From NCBI GenBank assembly GCA_024638445.1, contig JAHEKH010000002.1, forward strand, positions 4,172 through 68,171: a stretch of 64,000 nt of DNA. The letters are read 5' to 3'. Below the pieces are notes generated by a model. It made no database searches, had not been told where the DNA came from, and saw nothing but the letters and a program-made list of their open reading frames with translations. This stretch comes from Gammaproteobacteria bacterium (GTDB lineage: Bacteria; Pseudomonadota; Gammaproteobacteria; Steroidobacterales; JABDKV01). A program made the translations under genes and the position numbers. How positions within the stretch are numbered: the stretch's first letter is position 1; the number at the start of each line of letters is the position of its first letter. Shown piece by piece: positions 57,137-64,000 of the stretch.

Positions 57137-57952
57137 ATGGACATGGCAGCGAATCTCAGGCACCAGGTTATGCGCGCTGCCGAGCGCCTGATGCGCCCGG
57201 TCGTGGAAATGTTGCTACGCAGCGGGATCACCTGGAAGGAGTTTTCCGACTTGTCCAAGACGGTTTTTGTCAACGTGGCTACCGAGGACTACGGTCGCAA
57301 GGGCCGGCCCACGAATATTTCAAGGGTGGCGATCCTGACCGGACTCAGCCGCCGCGAGGTCACCCGGCTGCGTAAACAGCCCGAACACGCGCCCGCAGCG
57401 CCTGCCGACTCCAGCATCAGCACCGCAGCGCGCGTGTTGTCCGGCTGGCACCAGGACCCGGACTTCCAGGACGACGAGGGCCGGCCGGCCGTGCTTGCCC
57501 GCAGCGGTCCGCATCCGAGCTTCGAATCGCTGATGAAACGTTATGCCGGCGACATCCCGCCGGTCGCATTGTTCAAGGAACTGCTTTCGGTCAACGCTGT
57601 TCGTGAAAGCGACGACGGCACGTTGACCGCGCTCAGCCGTTACTACATGCCCGCACCGCTGGACGGCAACGCCGTGCTTCGTGCCGGCGAGGTCTGGCGC
57701 GACCTGGGCGAAAACATCAACTACAACCTGGCGCGTTGCGATGACGGACCCGGACGTTTCGAGGGCCGCGCAACCAACCAGAAACTGAGCCGCAAGGCTC
57801 TTGACGCCTTACGAACAATGGTCGAACAAAAAGGACAGGCGTTGCTCGAGGAGACTGACCAATGGCTTTCCGACCACGAATCCGAAGACGAGACCGAGGG
57901 AGTTCGCGCCGGTATCGGCATCTTTCTCATCGAGGATTCCAGGAGTAAATGA
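57137..57952 (+). CDS. Hypothetical protein with HTH-like segment (resembles the DUF6502 family from memory; unverified)
   Basis: Internal ATG at 57137. ISRVAILTGLSRREVTRLRK (nt 57317-57376) looks like a helix-turn-helix. Acidic C-terminal tail. Stop lies 1 nt before the next gene's GTG. Confidence 0.6.
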   Translation: MDMAANLRHQVMRAAERLMRPVVEMLLRSGITWKEFSDLSKTVFVNVATEDYGRKGRPTNISRVAILTGLSRREVTRLRKQPEHAPAAPADSSISTAARVLSGWHQDPDFQDDEGRPAVLARSGPHPSFESLMKRYAGDIPPVALFKELLSVNAVRESDDGTLTALSRYYMPAPLDGNAVLRAGEVWRDLGENINYNLARCDDGPGRFEGRATNQKLSRKALDALRTMVEQKGQALLEETDQWLSDHESEDETEGVRAGIGIFLIEDSRSK

Positions 57953-57953
57953 A

Positions 57954-59435
57954 GTGACTTTACGAAAACTATCTCTCGCATCGATTGTGCTGCTGCTGGC
58001 TTCCTGCGGAGGCGGCGGTGGAGGCGGATCCGAACCCGTACTTGCGCCGCCACCGTCCAACAACCCGCCGCCGACCAGCGGCATCGACCGCGGCGGAGTT
58101 TCACGCGGCGTGATTACCGGTTTTGGCAGCATTTTCGTCAACGGCGTTCGTTTCGATACCAGCGCTGCGGTATTCACCATCGATGACGAGGCCGGGTCTG
58201 AATCCGACCTCGCGGTCGGCAAGGTCGTTACCGTCGTCGGCACGATTGACGATGACGGTGAGAACGGCAGTGCCGAGGACGTCATCTTCGATGACGAGGT
58301 CGAGGGCCCCATCGACAGCATCGATCCTGCCGCCGGTACGCTTGTGGTGCTGGGACAGACGGTCATCGTCGATACCGATACCGTTTTTGACGACAGCATC
58401 GTGCCGAACGGGCTCGACGGGCTGAGCCCGGGCAATGTCGTCGAGATCAGTGGATTTGTCGGCGCCGACGGCTCCATTACCGCAACCCACGTCGAGCTGA
58501 CCAACGACACGGAGTTCGAACTCACCGGCGTCGTGTCCGCCCTGGATGCGGGTGCCATGACCTTCGGGATCAACGGCCAGGTGATCGATTACTCCGCCGC
58601 CGTGCTCGAAGACTTTCCGGCTGGCGAAATCGCCGACGGGATGCGGGTCGAGGCGAAGGGCAGTGGTTTCGGTCCGGCGGGTGAGCTGTTGGCCAGCGAA
58701 GTGGAATTCGAGGACGACGACTTGCCGGGCGGCGATGATGGCGACGACGATTTCAGTTTCGAAATCGAAGGTTTGATTACCCGCTTTGTGTCAGCCGAAG
58801 ATTTCGATGTTGCAGGCCAGCCTGTAACGACGACCGCTTCGACGATTTACGAAAACGGCAGCGCCGCTGACCTCGCGGAAGGCATCAAGGTCGAGGTCGA
58901 AGGCAGCCGCGATGCGGCGGGCGTGCTCGTAGCCGACAAGGTCAGCCTGCGGCTGGCCGCCAACATCGAGATCGAGGCCCCGGTCGATGCCGTCGATTCG
59001 GCTGCTGCCACCCTGACCGTGCTTGGAATCGTGGTCGCCGCTACCGATGTAACCCGATTCGAGGACGACAGCGACGCCGAATTACCGTCGTTCGGGCTGG
59101 CCGACGTCAACCCCGGCGACTGGGTCGAAATCGAGGCGTACACGGACGCTCAGGACAATCTCGTAGCCAACGAGATCGAACGCGACGACGCCGACGACGA
59201 GGTGCGCGTCGAGGCACCGGTGGAGTCGGCCGCGCAGCCCGACCTGGTAGTCCTGGGACTGACGATACAGACCGATGGCAATACCGAATTCGAGGACGTC
59301 AACGACACGACGATAAGTGCCGACGACTTTTTCGCCCAGGCCGCCGCCGGAACACCGGTGCAGATCAAGGGAACCGTGATCGGTGACGGCGTGATCCTCG
59401 CCACCGAGGTGGAACTGGAAACTCCGGACGACTAG
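57954..59435 (+). CDS. Acidic lipoprotein with six tandem DUF5666-like repeats
   Basis: GTG 57954 with aggag 8 nt upstream. Lipobox LLLASC followed by GGGGGGG and a Pro-rich linker. Six ~70-aa repeats. Very Asp/Glu-rich. Confidence 0.7.
   Translation: MTLRKLSLASIVLLLASCGGGGGGGSEPVLAPPPSNNPPPTSGIDRGGVSRGVITGFGSIFVNGVRFDTSAAVFTIDDEAGSESDLAVGKVVTVVGTIDDDGENGSAEDVIFDDEVEGPIDSIDPAAGTLVVLGQTVIVDTDTVFDDSIVPNGLDGLSPGNVVEISGFVGADGSITATHVELTNDTEFELTGVVSALDAGAMTFGINGQVIDYSAAVLEDFPAGEIADGMRVEAKGSGFGPAGELLASEVEFEDDDLPGGDDGDDDFSFEIEGLITRFVSAEDFDVAGQPVTTTASTIYENGSAADLAEGIKVEVEGSRDAAGVLVADKVSLRLAANIEIEAPVDAVDSAAATLTVLGIVVAATDVTRFEDDSDAELPSFGLADVNPGDWVEIEAYTDAQDNLVANEIERDDADDEVRVEAPVESAAQPDLVVLGLTIQTDGNTEFEDVNDTTISADDFFAQAAAGTPVQIKGTVIGDGVILATEVELETPDD
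58107..59420 (+). repeat. Six tandem ~70-aa protein repeats (DUF5666-like)
   Basis: Each unit has the pattern G.I..hydrophobic...(L/F).V.G..V..D..T.FED.....L..G..VEV.G....G.L.A..VE. Examples: TLVVLGQTVIVDTDTVFDD, TLTVLGIVVAATDVTRFED, DLVVLGLTIQTDGNTEFED. Confidence 0.7.
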
Positions 59436-59458
59436 GAGAGAGCCGGCGATGCCGGTGG

Positions 59459-59487
59459 CCGGGCCCGCTTGCGGGCCCGGTTTTTTT
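59459..59487 (+). terminator. Strong rho-independent terminator
   Basis: ccgggcccgc-tt-gcgggcccgg (up to 10 bp of GC pairing) followed by ttttttt. Begins 24 nt after the lipoprotein stop. Confidence 0.88.
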
Positions 59488-59728
59488 ATTCTCCAGTTTT
59501 GTCTTCAAACCAGCTGTCGAGCTCGTTACCGGCGAGTTCGCCCAGCGTGTGTTCGTTGAACGCGCGGTAGGCGGTCCAGTGCGAGATCTTGTCCTGCAGC
59601 GCCCGCGCCGCCCGCGCATCTGCCGCGTCGAGCGCCGCTCGGTAGCGTGCGATCTCGGCGTCCGCATAGTCGTTACACTGGCGGACGAAGCGCGCGACAA
59701 TTCGCTTTTTCTCAGCAATGGAAGGCAT
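59486..59728 (-). CDS. Hypothetical small helical protein (80 aa)
   Basis: ATG start. Plausible composition (MPSIAEKKRIVARFVRQCNDYADAEIARYRAALDAAD...). Divergent from ubiX. No family recognised. Confidence 0.4.
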   Translation of the reverse strand: MPSIAEKKRIVARFVRQCNDYADAEIARYRAALDAADARAARALQDKISHWTAYRAFNEHTLGELAGNELDSWFEDKTGE

Positions 59729-59762
59729 ACTGGTTACCCCGCACAGTCGTTACGGACAGATT

Positions 59763-60353
59763 ATGGGCAAGCGGCTCATCATCGCAATATCCGGCGCCAC
59801 CGGCGCTGCTTACGGCATCCGCCTGCTGGAGGAGCTGAAGCGGCAGCCCGGCGTGGAAACCCACCTGGTCGTCTCCCGTCCCGGCATGCTCAACATCGCC
59901 AGCGAGCTGAATCTCAGCCGCGAGGCGGTCCATGAACTGGCCGACGAGGTGCACGATGTCCGTAACATCGGCGCCTCGATTGCCAGCGGCTCGTTCCAGA
60001 CCGACGGGATGATCATCGCGCCGTGCTCGGTCAAGACCCTGGCGTGTGTCGCGACCGGTGTGGCCGACAACCTGATTGCGCGCGCGGCCGATGTCGTGCT
60101 CAAGGAACGGCGCCGGCTGCTGATGCTGGTACGCGAGACGCCGCTCAACCTGGTGCACCTGCGCAATATGGTCACTGTCACGGAAATGGGCGGCATTATT
60201 TTTCCCCCGGTCCCGGCGCTGTACATGGAGCCGGCAACGATTGCCGATATTGTCGACCAGACGGTCGGCCGGATGCTGGAGCTGTTCGACCTGGATCCCG
60301 GCGAACTCGTCCAGCCGTGGCAGGGCCTGATTCGCGACCGCAGCGGGCAATGA
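59763..60353 (+). CDS. ubiX: Flavin prenyltransferase UbiX
   Basis: Internal ATG at 59763. MGKRLIIAISGATGAAYGIRLLE, IIAPCSVKTLA, ADVVLKERRRL and LVRETP motifs. Confidence 0.92.
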   Translation: MGKRLIIAISGATGAAYGIRLLEELKRQPGVETHLVVSRPGMLNIASELNLSREAVHELADEVHDVRNIGASIASGSFQTDGMIIAPCSVKTLACVATGVADNLIARAADVVLKERRRLLMLVRETPLNLVHLRNMVTVTEMGGIIFPPVPALYMEPATIADIVDQTVGRMLELFDLDPGELVQPWQGLIRDRSGQ

Positions 60354-61330
60354 ATGCCCCGGCGAAGCGTTGCCGGGTGGCAATCGTCCAGCAACCACCG
60401 GTCTTTTTGAATCTCGACGCCAGCGTCACCCGCGCCTGCGAGTTGATCCACGAGGCCGGTGGCCAGGGCGCCGACATCATCGTTTTTCCCGAGACCTGGT
60501 TGCCCGGCTACCCGATCTGGCTCGACGTCGCGCCCAACGCTGCGCTGTGGGATCACGATCCGGCCAAATCGCTGTTTCGCCTGATGGTGGAAAACTCGCC
60601 GGCGATCGGCGATGCGGCAGTTGTCGCGTTGCGTTCCGCGGCCGTCGAGGCCGGTGCCTGGGTCGTCATGGGAATGCAGGAGCGCGACGGCGGCACGCTG
60701 TACAACTCGATTCTCTATATCGATCCGCAGCGCGGCGAGTACCAGGTTCACCGCAAGCTGATGCCGACCTACACCGAGCGCATGGTCTGGGGCCGTGGTG
60801 ACGGCAGCGGGCTGGTCGCGCTGGACACCCCCTTTGGCGCGCTGGGTGGGCTGATCTGCTGGGAACACTGGATGCCGCTGGCCCGAGCCGCGATGCACGC
60901 GCGAGGCGAGACGCTGCACGTGGCGCAGTGGCCGTGGGTGAAAGAGATGCACCAGGTTGCCTGCCGTCACTATGCGTTTGAAGGCACCTGTTTTGTGATC
61001 GCGGCAGGCGGCATCGTGAGTCGCGGCGAATTGCTGGCTGGAGTGGCTTCGTCCGGTGCGGGAACCGGGGCACTGGAGTTACTGCAGTCGATGCCGGGAG
61101 ATGACGACGAATGGTTGTTGCGGGGCGGCAGCGCGGTCATCGGTCCGGACGGCGGCTATATCGTGGAACCGTTGTACGACGAGGCCGGCATGATCGTGGC
61201 CGATCTCGATCCCGGCGCTGTGGCCGAAGCGCGTCTTGCGCTCGACACCGACGGGCATTATTCGCGGCCAGATATCTTCAGTCTCTCGGTCGACTCACGG
61301 CCGCACCGTAACGTCACTTTCGAAGACTGA
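60350..61330 (+). CDS. Nitrilase (carbon-nitrogen hydrolase superfamily, branch 1-like)
   Basis: ATGA overlap with the ubiX stop. Catalytic triad contexts FPETWLPGYP (Glu), HRKLMPT (Lys), GGLICWEHWMP (Cys). Confidence 0.88.
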   Translation: MNAPAKRCRVAIVQQPPVFLNLDASVTRACELIHEAGGQGADIIVFPETWLPGYPIWLDVAPNAALWDHDPAKSLFRLMVENSPAIGDAAVVALRSAAVEAGAWVVMGMQERDGGTLYNSILYIDPQRGEYQVHRKLMPTYTERMVWGRGDGSGLVALDTPFGALGGLICWEHWMPLARAAMHARGETLHVAQWPWVKEMHQVACRHYAFEGTCFVIAAGGIVSRGELLAGVASSGAGTGALELLQSMPGDDDEWLLRGGSAVIGPDGGYIVEPLYDEAGMIVADLDPGAVAEARLALDTDGHYSRPDIFSLSVDSRPHRNVTFED

Positions 61331-61615
61331 CCCTCTGGCCGGTGGACGCTCAGGAGCGGCTTCAGCCGGGATCTGCTGGCGCTGTACCCGATGGCGCGAG
61401 AGATCTGCCGGCACATCTTTTTGGTTCCGGGGGAACTTAGTCACCAAAAATAAGGACCGACAGCTCTCTCGCAGAGGCCTTCGCGGATACAACCTGGTGG
61501 AATCGCAGGATTGGCCGGCCACGATTCCCGTTGCGGCGTGGTCCCGGGATTGCGCAGTCGATCTGCCCTCGTGATTGTGCCGGCTGATGCCGGGAATCCT
61601 GGCTGGAGGGCGCTT

Positions 61616-62662
61616 CTACGCGGGGAGTTGGCCGAGGTGGCGGGTGACCACGGCTTCGGCGGCGGAGCGTTTCCTGGCGACGTCGTCGTACAGGGAGGCC
61701 ATGGCGCGGCCGCGCGCGAGGTTGTGATCGCCGCGTGAAGCCCAGCGGGCGTCATCCCAGCCAAAGTAAGACTCGCGCAGGGCATCGTTGAGGAATCGTG
61801 CGGACAACTCGAGGCAGATCCGGGCGAGACCGGTAATGAGCAGGGCGATTTCCTCACGGCTCAGCCATTCCGGCGCTGCGCCGGCATAACCGCTCAACAC
61901 CGCGTCGAGTACGTCGAGGTCGAGATCGGCACGCAGCTGGTCCTCGGTGCGTGGGTTGCACCAGGAACGCAACGCGTCACCCATTTCGAGCGGCCAGGTC
62001 ATGCGGTTGACGGTGTCGAGATCGATCAGGCACACGGCGTTGTCATTATCGTCGTACACGATATTGGATATCTTCAGGTCGCCGTGGCAGTGGCGCAGGG
62101 GCAGGGCGTCGATAGCGCCAAAACGTTCCGAGGTTTCCAGCACGTGTTGCGCAAGTGGTGTGACGTCGTCATGGAGTCGGTGATCGACGCATTCGTCGAC
62201 AGTGCGCGCCAGGGTTTGCAGGTGACGCGGCGTATCGTGAACGTGTCCGCGACCGGCAACATAGTCGTAGTCGAAGTCGCCCAGTGCCGCGTGATAAACC
62301 GCGGCAATACGACCGGCTTCGCTGGCCTGTTGCCGGGTAGTGATGGCGTCAATGGTATGTCCGGGCACGTAGGTCATGAGCCGCCACGTGTGGCCGTCGT
62401 GTTGGCACCAGTCGGTCCCGTCGTCAGTGGGCAACAGTTCGGCGGTGTTCAGGCCGCGGCTGGCGAGGTGGGACGTGACTGCTGCGATATCACGGTTCAC
62501 GGCCGGTTCAAAGACCGGGTGCAGCCGTTGCAGGACAAATCGCGCGTCGGCGGTTTGCAGCAGGAATGTCTGGTTAATGAGACCTGACGTGACCCGGCTG
62601 GCCCTGGCACCCGCCAGCCGGCGCCATCGGCCGGTGATCGCGGTGGGTATCGCGTCGGTCAC
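61616..62662 (-). CDS. Aminoglycoside phosphotransferase (APH)/homoserine kinase type II-fold kinase
   Basis: GTGA overlap with the HMG-CoA synthase stop. Catalytic loop HGDLKISNIVYD and metal-binding IDLD. Confidence 0.75.
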   Translation of the reverse strand: MTDAIPTAITGRWRRLAGARASRVTSGLINQTFLLQTADARFVLQRLHPVFEPAVNRDIAAVTSHLASRGLNTAELLPTDDGTDWCQHDGHTWRLMTYVPGHTIDAITTRQQASEAGRIAAVYHAALGDFDYDYVAGRGHVHDTPRHLQTLARTVDECVDHRLHDDVTPLAQHVLETSERFGAIDALPLRHCHGDLKISNIVYDDNDNAVCLIDLDTVNRMTWPLEMGDALRSWCNPRTEDQLRADLDLDVLDAVLSGYAGAAPEWLSREEIALLITGLARICLELSARFLNDALRESYFGWDDARWASRGDHNLARGRAMASLYDDVARKRSAAEAVVTRHLGQLPA

Positions 62663-63918
62663 GGTGTGTCGGCAGCGCTCCCGGCATACTGTCGGACATG
62701 ATCGCGGGTGCCGACGAAATAAAGCCCACGGTCGAGCTGCCAGTCGGCCGGATCGGGGTAGGGCGCCTCGTTGTGGTCGGCCGTTTCCGACAGCCGGATC
62801 AGCTCCTCGTAACGGTCCATGTCGAGTTTACGCCGCTGTTCGAGATGCGTGGCGGGGTCGAGACGTTCGGCCAGGCCTGCAGCCTCGGGGGTAACTACGC
62901 CGGTGCCGAAAGCCGCGCCACAGCCGCTGCCGTAGGAAAACACGCTGACACGCTCACCGCCTGCGGGTTGCGCCTTGCGCAGGTAGTCCATCAGCGCGAG
63001 AAACAGTGAACCGGTGTAGATGTTGCCGACGACGCTGTTCAGCTCCAGCCAGGGCGCCACCTGTTGATCATAAGACTCTCTGATTGCCGCGACCTGTTCG
63101 GTATCTTCGCGTTCGACCTTCTTGCCCCACTCGGTTTCGCAGTGGCGGTGATGCGCCTTGCGCGCCATCTTGGTAAAGGGCACGTGATAAAAACACGCGG
63201 CCAGCCGGTCCAGCCGCAGCGGATCCCAGCTGCCGGCGTTTTCGCAGGCATCGCGCCAGGCGCCGCTGAAGGCATCCAGGTAGCAATCGATGGAGTAGTG
63301 CCCGTCGGCAAAGGCGTATTTCGAGTACAACGGCCGCCAGAAATCCATGACCTGGCGGGTGTAGTCGCCGAACGATGTCGGGTCCAGCTCCAGCAGCCGT
63401 GGTTTCTCACTGACGACCATCGCCACTGCGCCGGCGCCCTGGGTAGGCTCACCGGCGGTGTTGAGTCCGTAACGGGCGATATCGGACGCGACGATCAGCG
63501 CCTTGCGACCGCGGGCCCGGCCCGCCGAGATCCAGTCCATTGCCGAGGTAAGGCCCGCCATGGCGCCATAGCAGGCGTGCTTGGTCTCAAAAGTCCGGCA
63601 GTTCGGTGCCAGGCCGAGCATGTCGTGTACGTAGACGGCCACCGGCTTGCTGTGATCGACGCCGGTCTCGGTGCCGACGATCAGCGTGCCAATCTCGCCC
63701 GGATCGATATCGAAACGCTCCAGCGCCCGGTGCGCCGCAACCGTGGCCATCGTGACAGTGTCTTCGCACGGCGTAGCCACCGCCATCTGGCGCTGCCCCA
63801 GCCCGAGTATGTACTTGTCAGGATCGACGCCGCGCGCGGCGGCGAGGTCGGCCATCTCCAGGTAGTACTGGGTGCCGTGAAAAGCCATGGCATCGATGCC
63901 CGAAACTCTGGCGCTCAT
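62659..63918 (-). CDS. mvaS: Hydroxymethylglutaryl-CoA synthase
   Basis: Start at ATG 63918 (MSARVSGIDAMAF). GTETGVDHSKP, the catalytic Cys context ETKHACYGAMAG, and YGSGCGA near the C-terminus. Confidence 0.88.
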   Translation of the reverse strand: MSARVSGIDAMAFHGTQYYLEMADLAAARGVDPDKYILGLGQRQMAVATPCEDTVTMATVAAHRALERFDIDPGEIGTLIVGTETGVDHSKPVAVYVHDMLGLAPNCRTFETKHACYGAMAGLTSAMDWISAGRARGRKALIVASDIARYGLNTAGEPTQGAGAVAMVVSEKPRLLELDPTSFGDYTRQVMDFWRPLYSKYAFADGHYSIDCYLDAFSGAWRDACENAGSWDPLRLDRLAACFYHVPFTKMARKAHHRHCETEWGKKVEREDTEQVAAIRESYDQQVAPWLELNSVVGNIYTGSLFLALMDYLRKAQPAGGERVSVFSYGSGCGAAFGTGVVTPEAAGLAERLDPATHLEQRRKLDMDRYEELIRLSETADHNEAPYPDPADWQLDRGLYFVGTRDHVRQYAGSAADTP

Positions 63919-64000
63919 GAATTCCTCGTTGTCGTGGATTGCGGCGGCCCTTAGAGTACCTAATTCCGGTGGCGTTGGGCGATTCGGCACAGATGCGCGA

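Noticed and set aside
59810-60970. 386-aa minus-strand ORF (and 59712..60398) over ubiX and the nitrilase gene
   Set aside because: It is antisense to two confidently recognised enzymes, and its composition is not protein-like.

Overview
GC-rich, gene-dense chromosomal segment with about 60 protein-coding genes; every intergenic gap is under 300 nt. I found no rRNA, tRNA, CRISPR array, transposase, integrase or phage gene. Gene content suggests an environmental or marine gammaproteobacterium (inference only). Left to right: an edge-truncated BNR/Asp-box propeller gene that is missing from the ORF track; a YidB-like gene; a secreted parallel beta-helix protein with two CxxCH motifs; tyrA-TauE-DUF2339; a pyrimidine salvage cluster (cdd, deoA, upp, tdk); an M14 peptidase; a Tat-exported aldo/keto reductase; a GGDEF sensor-SLC13 transporter-membrane protein operon; a Vibrio TonB2/Ttp-type six-gene energy-transduction cluster; a periplasmic GMC dehydrogenase pair plus an exported RidA; a TerC-MscS-TPR-sulfotransferase operon; msrPQ; an APC permease; an OmpR-type two-component system flanked by two secreted proteins with metazoan matrix-type modules (thrombospondin type 3/dockerin-like, and spondin_N with a PEP-CTERM-like tail); an alaC-acetolactate synthase-like operon; a complete 16-gene MSHA-type type IV pilus cluster (41.1-57.0 kb); an uncharacterised HTH protein plus six-repeat acidic lipoprotein pair; ubiX-nitrilase; and an APH-fold kinase coupled to HMG-CoA synthase. 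Many ORF-track entries are antisense or off-frame artefacts of the high GC content, and many true genes start well inside the listed ORF. I corrected those starts from signal peptides, RBS spacing and ATGA/GTGA coupling. I see no defence or mobile system. The least explained elements are: the two-gene module just downstream of mshQ; the propeller-headed MshQ; the phased CGTGA repeat array between the response regulator and the spondin gene; the CxxCH beta-helix protein; and the kinase coupled to HMG-CoA synthase. All family assignments come from motif recognition by eye, not from searches.
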